NCBI GenBank assembly: GCA_951406725.2 | Contig: OX597814.1 | Coordinates: forward strand, 2,666,001-2,730,000 | From: Octopus vulgaris | Taxonomy: Eukaryota | Reading direction: 5' to 3' | DNA length: 64,000 bases | Part shown: positions 1 through 14,832 of the stretch, piece after piece | How the letters are laid out: every line of letters starts with the position of its first letter | How positions within the stretch are numbered: the first letter of the stretch is position 1 | Notes under the pieces: generated by a model | Seen by the model: the letters and a program-made list of their open reading frames with translations, nothing else | What the model was told of the DNA's origin: nothing | Databases searched by the model: none | Position numbers and translations under genes: made by a program

Positions 1-137
1 CCTAGCGGTTCGACAAAAGAGACCGATAGAATAAGTACTGGGCTTACAAAGAATAAGTCCCGGGGTCGATTTGCTCAACTAAAGGCGGTGCTCCAGCATG
101 GCCGCAGTCAAATGACTGAAACAAGTAAAAGAGAGAA

Positions 138-138
<1 letters not shown>
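1..138 (+). mobile_element. SINE family A, 3' part
   Basis: Matches the 3' half of the repeat found many times in the window (ggcggtgctccagcatggccgcagtcaaatgactgaaacaagtaaaag), followed by (TA)n. Confidence 0.8.
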
Positions 139-228
<90 letters not shown>

Positions 229-344
229 TATACATATATATTTATACATATATACACACACCTATATATAGATATACATACTTATATACATATATATACA
301 TACATATATACATACACACACAGGCGCACACACTCACACGCACA

Positions 345-413
<69 letters not shown>

Positions 414-1007
414 CATATAGCCCGTTAGAAGATCTCTGTTCGTGATAGAAGCAGTGTACGAACCAAAAAGGTATTGCTTATGACCGCTTTAATATGGCTG
501 TCCTCTAAAAGCAGGCGATACTGTCATTTAAACACCAGGAAGATGCACATAGTATGAATGGGAGAGCCTATTAAAAGCGTAAATAATTCAGATGTAAACT
601 TATATACCACTTACTACATTGTACATTGACCGGTTTCAATGTATATAATTGTGTGTGCATGTGTGCGTGTGTGTGTGTGTGTGAGTGTGTGAGAGAGAGA
701 GAGCAGAGAGAAATAGAGAGCGAGAGAGAATTTTGTTATAAGGATTCATTAGAATCAAGGCACATTCTGATACAGGAAGCCAGAAGTGGCTAGGTTCGAT
801 AAAATAGAGCTCACACTAAGGTGCGCAATGTTGGGATCATCAAGTTTTGGTAGGATACCATAGACTGTAAATGCCAAATCAAATTTAATCTATCTATCCA
901 ACCCTGGGATTGGTCCTTGGCGTGGCTCAGGTATACAAAGTAAATACAAATGGCTTTTAAAATTTACATTTATGTAATATACATTAGATATACATACGTT
1001 TATATAT

Positions 1008-1129
<122 letters not shown>

Positions 1130-1231
1130 TTATAGAATCTCAATAAGTGATGGAGTAGTAACGTGTACTAAACAGTAAAGCAAACAACTGCGATAAATTA
1201 TTGAAAGAAATAAAAACCGGCGTGCTAAAGT

Positions 1232-2203
1232 TTCTTATTTCTTTATTGCCCACAAGGGGCTAAACATAGAGGAGACACACTAGGACAGACAAAGGGATTA
1301 AGTCGATTATATCGACTCCAGTGCGTAACTGGTACTTATTTAATCGAACCCGAAAGGATGAAAGGCAAAGTCGACCTCGGTGGAATTTGAACTCAGAACG
1401 AAACGGCAGACGAAATACCTATTTCTTTACTACCCACAAAGGGCTACACACAGAGGGGACAAACAAGGACAGATAAACGGATTAAGTCGATTATATCGAC
1501 TCCAGTGCGTAACTGGTACTTATTTAATCGACCCCGAAAGGATGAAAGGCAAAGTCGACCTCGGTGGAATTTGAACTCAGAACGAAACGGCAGACGAAAT
1601 ACCTATTTCTTTACTACCCACAAAGGGCTACACACAGAGGGGACAAACAAGGACAGATAAACGGATTAAGTCGATTATATCGACTCCAGTGCGTAACTGG
1701 TACTTATTTAATCGACCCCGAAAGGACGAAAGGCAAAGTCGACCTCTGCGGAATTTGAACTCAGAACGAAACGGCAGACGAAATACCTATTTCTTTACTA
1801 CCCACAAAGGGCTACACACAGAGGGGACAAACAAGGACAGATAAACGGATTAAGTCGATTATATCGACTCCAGTGCGTAACTGGTACTTATTTAATCGAC
1901 CCCGAAAGGACGAAAGGCAAAGTCGACCTCTGCGGAATTTGAACTCAGAACGTAACGGCAGACGAAATACCTATTTCTTTACTACCCACAAAGGGCTACA
2001 CACAGAGGGGACAAGCAAGGACAGATAAACGGATTAAGTCGATTATATCGACCCCAGTGCGTTACTGGTACTTATTTAATCGTCCCCGAAAGGATGAAAG
2101 GCAAAGTCGACCTCGGTGGAATTTGAACTCAGAACGTAGCTGCAGAGGAAATACTGCTAAGCATTTCGCCCGGCGTGCCAACGTTTCTGCCAGCTCGCTG
2201 CCT
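1232..2203 (-). mobile_element. SINE family B, one head plus tandem array of about five 184-bp units
   Basis: 184-bp period (identical ORFs start at 1380 and 1564). tRNA-like head with A-box/B-box-like motifs (gagttcaaattcc) on the minus strand. Dispersed copies at 37095-37316 and 39135-39500. Confidence 0.8.
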
Positions 2204-2760
2204 TATGGGGGGGTGGAGAAAAATATTAAAAGACTTCAATACATTCGACAATGAGCAAGAAACGAGTGGAGGGTTGTCTTAGAATTTGCTAGAAACGTTC
2301 TTTTGTTCGGTGTTGTCAGTTTTAGTTTATTTTGGTTCCCAGGTTAATAAAAACTCTTTATCTCCAGCACTAATCTGGCATATCCCTGTTCCATTCCACT
2401 CACCATCTTTCATTCACCTATTTTGAAGAATGCCTGTCCACTTCTACATAATCACAGAACAACAACAACGGAATGTTCCTCGAGAAAGGAACCAAATTTC
2501 AACGATGATTGACAAGGCAATTGCCAGTCTGCCATCACCCTCACGCCCCCTCTCATTCTCTCCCTCTCTCTCTCTCTTTCTCTTTGTCATTTCTTTCTTG
2601 CTCTACTTTCTTTTTCAGCTTTGTCTTCTTCTTTTTCTACTTCTTCTTTATCATCATCATCATCATCATCTTTCATTATAATCAACCTCAGTTAACGATG
2701 ACTATAACTACAATGCCCCCCCCCCAAAAAAAAACCCCACCACTACCGCCAGTACTTTTT

Positions 2761-3728
<968 letters not shown>

Positions 3729-3814
3729 ATATATATACATATTTGCTGTATATGTAATGAAGGCGCGTTTGTTGTTAGGGTATTCGGCTCACGATCACAA
3801 GGTCGTGAGTTCAG

Positions 3815-5200
3815 TTCCCGTCGGAAAGATATGGAAATTCGGCGTTTTATTTTTTGCACATCTGTCGATATGTTCGCTCAGGGCCATCTGTCTGTATTAA
3901 GGAAAACGAATCTCTTCTTTATGCAGCGTGGCTCTTCAACTCAAAGTAAGGCTCGTTTGGCTCACATAATTGTAGCCACAACCTGAGCAGGTTAAGACAC
4001 AGATAAGGTTCTGGGAAGCACATGTGAAGTTGGTCTAAATTGAGAATTTTTCTCCTTGCTGGAATGTGACTTCCGAGCCTTCAGTTAGGTATGGGCATGT
4101 GCCATAATTAGGTCGTCTGCATTTTTTAACAGTTGGTATCGTAAGTTTTGCATTTTTTAGGAGTCTCTTGAGTGATTTGTGTTGTCTTTTGCATTTGAGG
4201 AGTTTATGTGTGTTTAGGATGTTGTTCATTTTCGGGTCTTGAATGAGCAGAGGGAGATTTTGTATAATTGTGTTGTATGCTTCATTGTTTCTGGAGTTGT
4301 GGGTTGATATGTATGGGAGTGATTTAAAGTGAGGTGTGGTGTTTTGTTTTGTTGTCCTTGCTGTATTTGTGTCCAATTTCTTAGCACGTTAAATTCCATG
4401 GTCATTAAGTGCGGATGGGTATTGACGTTCAATGAGTGTTATTTTGAGGTCTTGTAGGCGAAGTTCCCGAGTGGTTGTGTCAGATACAATTGTACAGATC
4501 CTTTTCGCTAAATTGAATGGAATATTTATTTTGGTGTGTTTAGGATGGCATGAACTGAATAGGAGATACTGTTTTGGGTCTGTTGGTCAGTTGCAATTTG
4601 GTAGTTGGAATTTTCTTATAATCAAATGTCCAGAAATGGGAGCTGTTCACTGCTATATTCTATTGTAAATTGAATACTGGAGTTTATCTTGTTCAGTTTA
4701 GATTTGAAATCCAGGAGTTTATCCTAGGTTTCATTTCAGATGACAAAACAATCCTCTAGGTACCTTTCCCAGTTTTCCCTTATATACTGGTGGAATGGGG
4801 GTCCAAATTTTTGGAGCGAAAGTTCATATAGGGTAGATTCAAAGAAACCCATTATTAGGTTCGCAAGGACAGGTGCTGCTTTTGTTCCCATCGCCATACC
4901 GCATTTTTGGTGGTAGTATGTTGCATCGAATAGGAAGTAATTATTTTGTAGGATGAACTTCAAGGATTCAATGACAAAAGTCTGGTTTATGCGGTCCGAG
5001 AGAACTTCAGGGTATTCTTCTAACCAGAATTTTATTGGCTCTATTCCGTAGTCATGTGGAATTTTAGTGTAGAGGTTGATGACATCGAAGGAGACTAATG
5101 GAGCTTCTTCGTTGGTGGTTTTTGGTAGATGCTCCAGCATGTCCAGATCGTCTCTAATGAAACTTTTAATGTATCTGAGGAAAGGTATCAATAGTATGTC
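3815..5200 (-). pseudogene. Penelope-like retroelement remnant: RT, thumb and GIY-YIG endonuclease, frameshifted
   Basis: RT motifs LVSFDVINLYT, QKCGMAMGTKAAP and WERYLEDCF. Thumb QYLLFSSCHPKHTKINIPF, linker LPYI, and GIY-YIG-like [25 protein letters not shown]...R..LH. Confidence 0.85.
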
Positions 5201-5202
5201 CA

Positions 5203-5497
5203 TACATACAATACATACATACATACACACACACACATACACACACATACATACATACATATATACATACATACATACATACACACATACATACATACAT
5301 ACATACATACATACATACATACATACACACATACATACATACATACATACATACATACATACATACATACATACATACATACACACATACATACATACAT
5401 ACATACATACATACATACATACATACATACATACACACACATACATACATACATACATACATATACATACATACATACATACATACACATACATACA

Positions 5498-5531
<34 letters not shown>

Positions 5532-5562
5532 CATACATACATACATACATACATACATACAC

Positions 5563-5595
<33 letters not shown>

Positions 5596-5765
5596 CATAC
5601 ATATATACATACATACACACATATATACATACATACATACATACACACATACATACATACATACATACATATATACATACATACATACATATATACATAC
5701 ATACATACATATATACATACATACATACATATATACATACATACATACATACATACATACATACA

Positions 5766-5799
<34 letters not shown>

Positions 5800-6172
5800 C
5801 ATACATACATACATATATACATACATACATACATACATACATACATACACACATACATACATATATACATACATACATACATACATACATACATACATAC
5901 ATACATACATACATACATACATACATACATACATACATACACATACATACATACATACATATATACATACATACATACATACACACATACATACATACAT
6001 ACATACATACATACATACATACATACATACATACATACATACATACATACATACATACACACATACATACATACATACATACATACATACATACATACAT
6101 ACATACATACATACATACATACATACATACATACATACATACATACACACATACATACATACATACATACAC

Positions 6173-6205
<33 letters not shown>

Positions 6206-6235
6206 CATACATACATACATACATACACAAACACA

Positions 6236-6269
<34 letters not shown>

Positions 6270-6331
6270 CATACATATATACATATATACATACATACAT
6301 ACATACATACATACATACATACATACACACA

Positions 6332-6365
<34 letters not shown>

Positions 6366-6588
6366 CATACATACATACATATATACATACATACATACAT
6401 ATATACATACATACATACATACATACACACATACATACATACATACATACATACATACATACATACATACACACATACATACATATATACATACATACAT
6501 ACATACATACATACATACATACATACATACATACATACATACATACATACACACACATACATACATATATACATACATACATAGATAT

Positions 6589-6619
<31 letters not shown>

Positions 6620-6712
6620 CATACATACATACATATATACATACATACATACATACATACATACATACATACATACACACATACATACATATATACATAC
6701 ATACATACATAT

Positions 6713-6743
<31 letters not shown>

Positions 6744-6890
6744 CATACATACATACATACATACATACATACATACATACATACATACATACACACATAC
6801 ATACATATATACATACATACACACATACATACATACATACATACATACATACATACATACATACATACATACATACATACATACATACAT
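5203..6890. repeat. About 1.7-kb (TACA)n microsatellite
   Basis: Read directly; source of the spurious MYVC/HTYI ORFs. Confidence 0.97.
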
Positions 6891-6988
6891 AGAAGCATGC
6901 ATACATGCACACGTACATACGAACATCCATACGTACATACATACATCCATAATACACATATACATGAGTGTGTGTGTGTATGTGTGTG

Positions 6989-7397
6989 TAGGCGCAATCG
7001 TGGCTCTGTAGTAAGAAACTTATTTCCTGACCACATGATTTCAGGCTCGGTCCCACTGCGTGGCACCTAGAGCGAATGTTTTCTACTATAACCACGGGCC
7101 TCTACCAAAGCCTTGTCAGTGGATTTTGTAGAGAAACTGAAAGAATCTCGCCGTATACTCATTTCTATATCTGTGTGAGTGTCTTTGCGTCTGTGTTTGT
7201 CCCCAAACACCGCTTGACAAATCCCCAGTTATGGGGACATGTTTATGTCCCCATAACTTAGCATTTCGGCAAAAGATGCCGATAGAATAAAATCCAGGCT
7301 TAAAAGCCCAGTATTGAATTTGTTCGACTAAAAACCTTTCATGACAGTGTCCCAGCATGGCCGCAGTCAAATGAATCAAACAGCTGAAAAATAAAAG
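6989..7397 (+). mobile_element. SINE family A, full length, diverged
   Basis: tRNA-like head, central region and ccagcatggccgcagtcaaatga tail. Confidence 0.75.
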
Positions 7398-7671
7398 ATA
7401 TATATATTTATGTATGTATATCATTTTTCAGTTTTATTTAAAGATTTCTTGCTAATAGAGAAAGAACCGGTTTCTTACCTAGATCCAAGGCTCCTTCATT
7501 GGAATTTCAACATTAGCAACAGGGTATGTCTGTATGTATGTATGTATGTATGTATGTATGTATGTATGCATATTTTAATTTTTCTACGTATTCTCATGCA
7601 TATAGTGCCATATCTAGAATTGCTCATATTTAAATGATAAACTTCTGGTATGTATGTGTGTATATATATAT

Positions 7672-7746
7672 CTATTTAATATAGGATAAATTTTTTTCGA
7701 AAACAATTTTATCAATGGCCAGCATATTAAAAAATAAACATATACA

Positions 7747-7791
<45 letters not shown>

Positions 7792-7889
7792 GCGCCTATT
7801 GTGAAAAATTATATGATAATGGACAATATGTCCAATTTTCTGCATATTTGGCATTAGAAATTTTTTCGTTTGCCCTTATTTATAAGTTG

Positions 7890-7890
<1 letters not shown>
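7672..7890. mobile_element. Fragment of the 19.4-19.9 kb fold-back family
   Basis: Shares aatggacaatatgtccaattttctgcatatttggcattagaaa and atcaatggccagcatattaaaa with 19430-19915. Confidence 0.7.
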
Positions 7891-7937
<47 letters not shown>

Positions 7938-8159
7938 AGAAACTATTATATATATATATATATATATAATTTCAACAATTGAGGGTAAAATTAATTAATT
8001 AATTATTAATCAATTTCACCAAGTGTTCAGTATGTAAAGGGACCATTTAAGGCGAATTCAAATTATTACATTAAGTATTAGAAATAGTTTAAAAAAAGTT
8101 TTTTAGCTACTATTTCTAATGAGTTCAGTATGTGGTAAAGTAATTTATTTTACTAAGCC

Positions 8160-8197
<38 letters not shown>

Positions 8198-8935
8198 CAT
8201 ACATGTATGTGTGTGTGCGTGTGTGTTTGTATTACTTACCTACACATACCTACATACCTACATATATATCTCTAATAAACAATCTAAACTCCAATAAATG
8301 ACATATAACAGTTTAACACTTTTCCACATCCAGGTGGGAATGCAAAAGAATTAGAGAAAAACGCGGAAAAGAAGGACTAGAAAACGGAGAATATCAGAGA
8401 GAGAGAGGTGAGGGAAGAGAGAAAGAGAGTGGGGAAGGAAAGAGCGAATCAGAGTGAGAGAAAGAGAGAGAGAGTGTGTGTGTGTGCGTGTGTGTTACAA
8501 ATACATGAACGGAAATAGGGGACTTTGAATGACCGAATCTATTAAGAATTTGACAGACAGCCGAGAGGTCAATGTTTATTATTCATTGGCCAATGCCACA
8601 AAGTGTCCGTGCGGACAACGACGTATTCTCAATAGGCCAGCATTTGTTCAGCAAACGTTGCAGCTCTTTGATGGCCAGTTGCAGCCTAGAATACACTGTG
8701 TACGCATATATATATATATCTGCGTATAAATACAAATATACATACATATGTACATATATGTGTGTATGCGCACGCGTGTGTGTCAGTGTACAGCATGCAC
8801 ACATATATATCTGTATAAACAGCTAGGCGCAATATAACAAGTAAGCTTTAATCGTCTCTAATTGTCAATTAAGGTGCCGACGCTCCACTATTGCAAGAAA
8901 TAAGAGTTAAAATCTTTTAATCGTGTATAAAGCGC

Positions 8936-8991
<56 letters not shown>

Positions 8992-9054
8992 CATATACAT
9001 ACATACATATATATATATATACTTTATTTTAAGCAGCAGAAAATTCAACAAAAT

Positions 9055-9092
9055 CTGTTACTCTGAGTTTCTCGTTGCCGTTCATCAGACAG
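9055..9092 (-). ncRNA. Minimal type I hammerhead ribozyme, left arm
   Basis: Reverse complement of the motif at 12208-12245. Confidence 0.75.
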
Positions 9093-10155
9093 TTTTTGCT
9101 AGAATGGAACTGATATATCAATTCAATCTATACTCTTACAAACGCTACACCTTTAAAAAGAAATGGACTTGTTTGATTGGCCCTTTAGAAAAAACGGTCA
9201 ATCTTCGAGCGATAAATAAAAAGGTCAAAAATATATGTATATATATATAAAAAAACTTATAAAAATTATAAAATCCGAGGAAAAAACCTATTGACGTTAA
9301 TGAAGACAGTGCAAATTAATGCATAGAAATTAAACCTGTTATAAATACTGCAATACATATTTATATTAAAATCTACATATATATATCAACATACACAAAA
9401 GGATGCGCGTAAACGCCATACATACATATACAGACGTATGAATATAAATCTAAATATACACATAAAAGCATGTGTACATATATTCACGCAAACCGTCTCG
9501 CACGCAAGCTAAAATTCATCTATGTAGCAATTCTCATATACTGAGCAAGGAGGGGGAACGAAAGAAAGGGAGAGAGAGAAAAAGGAACGAAGGAGGGGTG
9601 GGGAAAAAAACGAAATAAGAAAAAAATTTTTATGTATACAAGCAGTGTAACGGTGTTATTGGCATCTATAGAGACCAGTATACATACACAAGTTTGAATG
9701 GATACATATACATACCGTCGTGTATATGTGTGCTTAAGCACAAACATACTTTCACTTACACATACACAGATACGCATGCTTACAAATACATATGCTTTGC
9801 TATACACATACTTATATAAACATTCTAATTTTGACAACATTGCTTTTTTTAAAAAACATTGCTTTTAAAAATGGGTGCATTAATAAAAATATATACGAAA
9901 GACATATAAAATAAAATATAACATCCTATTTTGGGTCATTTATAAATAATCAAGGTAATATAAATAATCAAGGTAATCCTATGCAATACAATAACATGAA
10001 AACAAAGTTTGTAGGTTTTTCCTAATATATATGTAGAAACATAAGACTTTGCTATACGGATTAAGATCCGCATAGCTTGGAAACAAAATCAAAATCCATC
10101 GTAGCGCTCAAGAGTCAAAATCAAAATCAAAAATCAAAAATACAAAATATATACT

Positions 10156-10672
10156 CTATCCATATGGTATATTTATATTCGACATTTTAAATTTAGCCGC
10201 GTGCCTACATAAGTTCATTAACTCACTTCTTTGATTCAAAGAATTATTGTCTTTGAATAAGATGTACATTTTTTCTAATAGACAAAGTCTGCACTTGAAA
10301 TTATTTTTGTAAGCTCCATGCCTGTATGGTGCCGCCCTGTCCAGAATGCTCCATGTCACGTTGAAAGATGGGGCTTCCTTTTCTTTTAGTTCCCAGACAT
10401 ATTTTGCTAGGCTGGTTTTCTTCCTATTCTCTGGGTATTTAAATGAATTTTTATGAGAATAAAATCTTGTTTTAAATGAATTTTCTGAAGCCCCTGTGTA
10501 TGTCTTGTATTCCGATGAGCCTTCCACTTGCACCTTGGCTCTATAAACTACTCCTTTCACTAGACATTTCCCTTCTAACGGACAGGAGCTTTCGTTTTTG
10601 AAATTACATTTCTTAATGGGCTCGGCACCATGTCTAATCTCAATTAGCTTCCTATTATGTTGGCTAATGTAA
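10156..10672 (-). CDS. PLE GIY-YIG endonuclease domain, 5'-truncated, left arm
   Basis: CPLEGKCL..GVVYRA...YTGASENSFKTRFYSH...TSLAKYVWELK...CRLCLLEK...LNQRSE...CRH. Confidence 0.85.
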
Positions 10673-11140
10673 GAGCCCATTAAGAAATGTAATTTCAAAA
10701 ACGAAAGCTCCTGTCCGTTAGAAGGGAAATGTCCAGTGAAAGGAGTAGTTTATAGAGCCAAGGTGCAAGTGGAAGGCTCATCGGAATACAAGACATACAC
10801 AGGGGCTTCAGAAAATTCATTTAAAACAAGATTTTATTCTCATAAAAATTCATTTAAATACCCAGAGAATAGGAAGAAAACCAGCCTAGCAAAATATGTC
10901 TGGGAACTAAAAGAAAAGGAAACCCCATCTTTCAACGTGACATGGAGCATTCTGGACAGGGCGGCACCATACAGGCATGGAGCTTACAAAAATAATTTCA
11001 AGTGCAGACTTTGTCTATTAGAAAAAATGTACATCTTATTCAAAGACAATAATTCTTTGAATCAAAGAAGTGAGTTAATGAACTTATGTAGGCACGCGGC
11101 TAAATTTAAAATGTCGAATATAAATATACCATATGGATAG
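10673..11140 (+). CDS. PLE GIY-YIG endonuclease domain, 5'-truncated, right arm
   Basis: Inverted copy of the left-arm ORF with very few substitutions. Confidence 0.85.
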   Translation, partial: EPIKKCNFKNESSCPLEGKCPVKGVVYRAKVQVEGSSEYKTYTGASENSFKTRFYSHKNSFKYPENRKKTSLAKYVWELKEKETPSFNVTWSILDRAAPYRHGAYKNNFKCRLCLLEKMYILFKDNNSLNQRSELMNLCRHAAKFKMSNINIPYG

Positions 11141-12207
11141 AGTATATATTTTGTATTTTTGATTTTTGATTTTGATTTTGATTTTGACTCTTGAGCTCTA
11201 CGATGGATTTTGATTTTGTTTCCAAGCTATGCAGATCTTAATCCGTATTGCAAAGTCTTATGTTTCTACATATATATTAGGAAAACCTACAAACTTTGTT
11301 TTCATGTTATTGTATTGCATAGGATTACCTTGATTATTTATATTACCTTGATTATTTATAAATGACCCAAAATAGGATGTTATATTTTATTTTATATGTC
11401 TTTCGTATATATTTTTATTAATGCACCCATTTTTAAAAGCAATGTTTTTTAAAAAAGCAATGTTGTCAAAATTAGAATGTTTATATAAGTATGTGTATAG
11501 CAAAGCATATGTATTTGTAAGCATGCGTATCTGTGTATGTGTAAGTGAAAGTATGTTTGTGCTTAAGCACACATATACACGACGGTATGTATATGTATCC
11601 ATTCAAACTTGTGTATGTATACTGGTCTCTATAGATGCCAATAACACCGTTACACTGCTTGTATACATAAAAATTTTTTTCTTATTTCGTTTTTTTCCCC
11701 ACCCCTCCTTCGTTCCTTTTTCTCTCTCTCCCTTTCTTTCGTTCCCCCTCCTTGCTCAGTATATGAGAATTGCTACATAGATGAATTTTAGCTTGCGTGC
11801 GAGACGGTTTGCGTGAATATATGTACACATGCTTTTATGTGTATATTTAGATTTATATTCATACGTCTGTATATGTATGTATGGCGTTTACGCGCATCCT
11901 TTTGTGTATGTTGATATATATATGTAGATTTTAATATAAATATGTATTGCAGTATTTATAACAGGTTTAATTTCTATGCATTAATTTGCACTGTCTTCAT
12001 TAACGTCAATAGGTTTTTTCCTCGGATTTTATAATTTTTATAAGTTTTTTTATATATATATACATATATTTTTGACCTTTTTGTTTATCGCTCGAAGATT
12101 GACCGTTTTTTCTAAAGGGCCAATCAAACAAGTCCATTTCTTTTTAAAGGTGTAGCGTTTGTAAGAGTATAGATTGAATTGATATATCAGTTCCATTCTA
12201 GCAAAAA

Positions 12208-12245
12208 CTGTCTGATGAACGGCAACGAGAAACTCAGAGTAACAG
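12208..12245 (+). ncRNA. Minimal type I hammerhead ribozyme, right arm
   Basis: CTGT-CTGATGA-A-CG-GCAA-CG-A-GAAA-CTCAGAG-TA^ACAG, near the 3' terminus of the PLE. Confidence 0.75.
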
Positions 12246-12347
12246 ATTTTGTTGAATTTTCTGCTGCTTAAAATAAAGCATATTACTCTACCACTGGTAT
12301 TTGAGTACTCTTTTTTCCACCTTGTTTCACATTTATGTGTTTACTCC

Positions 12348-12720
<373 letters not shown>

Positions 12721-12865
12721 TGTGTGTGTGCTTCATACACACATACATACACACACACAAAAGTGCACTCATATACACGCACCATCCTGCTAAATATAAA
12801 ACGCACACATACACAGACCAGTACACACCTGTCAATTATTTTAACTTCATCCCACGGGAGAGTGA

Positions 12866-12936
<71 letters not shown>

Positions 12937-12937
<1 letters not shown>

Positions 12938-14772
12938 ACTGATCCCTCATTTATCGCGGTAGATTGGTTCCGAGACTTGCCGCGATAACTGAATTTCCGC
13001 GAAGTAGTGACACCATATTTACAGTATTTATTTAACGCGTATTTGGACTTTTAAAACCCTCCCTGTATTGTTAACAATCCACCCATTACAGTAGTCTATT
13101 AATAACAAGGACAACTGTCAAGCAAAAACACTTTAGACTTTAAAAAATAATGATTTTTACTGTGCTCAACACGAAAGAAGGAAGTTGAAGTAAAATTTGA
13201 ATGATGATGAATTTTCTGCGCAGTAGAAATGATGATGATGAAACTGACGGCGGTGCCCTTTCCTGGGACACCTCTTCAACTTCTTCCGAAGATGCAACCG
13301 TAGTAGTAGCAGCAGAAAATGGATTTTTTTTTTTTTGGAGGGTGGCTGCAAAAACATTGTGATAGGAAGTTGGTGCCGCTGCTTCTTTTTCCGTTCAAAG
13401 AGCATCTTGTAGGGATTCATGACTTTGTCGACCTTGTTGCAAAATTGCACAGAACGAGCCATATCGTCATCCCATTCCTGTGACCCCTCTTTCAATTCTT
13501 TAGCCAGGTTGCAGAGCCAGCTGTTCCTAAGTCAAGCCAGTTTGGTCGCCAAATCCCGCAGCATTGCCACACATCACGAGGGTCACACGATCCTTGTATG
13601 CTTTAAAGCCTAAGGCTTTTCCTTCCTCTTTGAACAGGAAAGTTCACGACGGCATTCTTTTCCAAAACAAGCCCGTCTCGTCCATATTAAAAACTTGTTC
13701 GGGCTTATATCCACCTTCAGAGATAATCTTCTGAAAGTTTCATTCGCGTATGTTTCAGCAGCGCTCGTGTCAGCAGAAGCAGCCTCGCCATGTAGGGAAA
13801 CGCTTTTTAGACCGAAGCGTTTCTGAAACTTAACAAACGACCCTTTGCTAGCAGAAAAAGGACGTTGTTTAGGTTGTGAATCACAGGACGTCCCTGGTTG
13901 CGGATCTTCTCCGTTGTCTTCGTCTTCTTCCTCTTCTTCGTGGTCGCCAGTGTCGTCCTCAGGTTCCTTAGCGGCGAAAGTCTCGTACAGGCTCCTAGCC
14001 TATGTTTGGAAGATGTTCGTATCCAATGCTATGTTCTTTCGGCAGTCAGTTATCCGGCCAAAGCAACTTCCATACGGACGATAGTTTTATTACGAGCCGT
14101 AACCACTCTCTTTGCCGACTTATTAAGGTAATGGCAGCCGTCTTCCTAATGTTAGCCTCATCCTTCATGTAGCGAACGGTGGATCCGTTCACGATACGGC
14201 AGCGAAAGTTCTCCCTTCCTTCAACATATCCAGAAGTTTCACTTTCTCAGCGATCGTCATCATTTTTCGTTTGCGTTTAGGCTCAGTACCAGCCTTGGAA
14301 GTAGCAGCACGCTTGGGAGCCATTGCAGGGGATGAAAACACAAAGTTCAATGCAAAGAAAAAAAAAAAAAAAAAGAATTACACACTGCACCGCGTAAAGT
14401 AGTACAGTAAACTACTCGGCGACAAAGCTTGAAGCGAAATGGCCGCGAGAGAGAGAGACAAGTGAAGATGCTGCGGATCTGAGCATCGGTCAAATACCAA
14501 TCACAGGCCAGATTACAAAATAGAAAGCTGTGATTCGTAGTCTTTCTCCATTGCACCAATCACAGCCCGTCTTAAGTTCAAATATTCCTGTATATGCTTT
14601 TTTTGGCTATGTTATGCTTGTTTTGTTGTTCCTAGACTAGGAAATAATATTTATTACTAATATTTTAATGGATTTGATGAAGAATTTTAGGTGTTCAAAT
14701 ATATAATTTTTTTTAAATCCGCGAAGTCATGAATCCGCGATAGCTGAACCGCGAAGTAGCGAGAGATCACTG
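12937..14772 (-). mobile_element. Tigger/pogo DNA transposon, decayed and internally deleted
   Basis: Imperfect TIRs (cactgatccctc / gagagatcactg) flanked by TA. Transposase begins at 14323 (MAPKRAATSK...KRKRKMMTIAEKVKLLD, HTH-psq type). Also GYKPEQVFNMDETGLFWKRMP and C-terminal QLPITMFL. Confidence 0.9.
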
Positions 14773-14774
14773 TA

Positions 14775-14831
<57 letters not shown>

Positions 14832-14832
<1 letters not shown>

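Noticed and set aside
1232-2203. CRISPR-like or coding tandem array
   Set aside because: The units are near-identical SINE bodies with no unique spacers, in a eukaryotic context.
4736-7095. ORFs of 500-776 aa
   Set aside because: They are translations of the stop-free (TACA)n repeat; only 4736-5200 is real (PLE RT).
7470-7510. HHR-like motif on the minus strand (CCAATGA...GAAACCGGTT)
   Set aside because: Two core mismatches and poor stems; it may be a decayed copy but is not supportable.
11421-11780. 119-aa ORF duplicated in the palindrome arms
   Set aside because: Low-complexity 3' region of the PLE with no protein motifs; the left copy differs by an indel.
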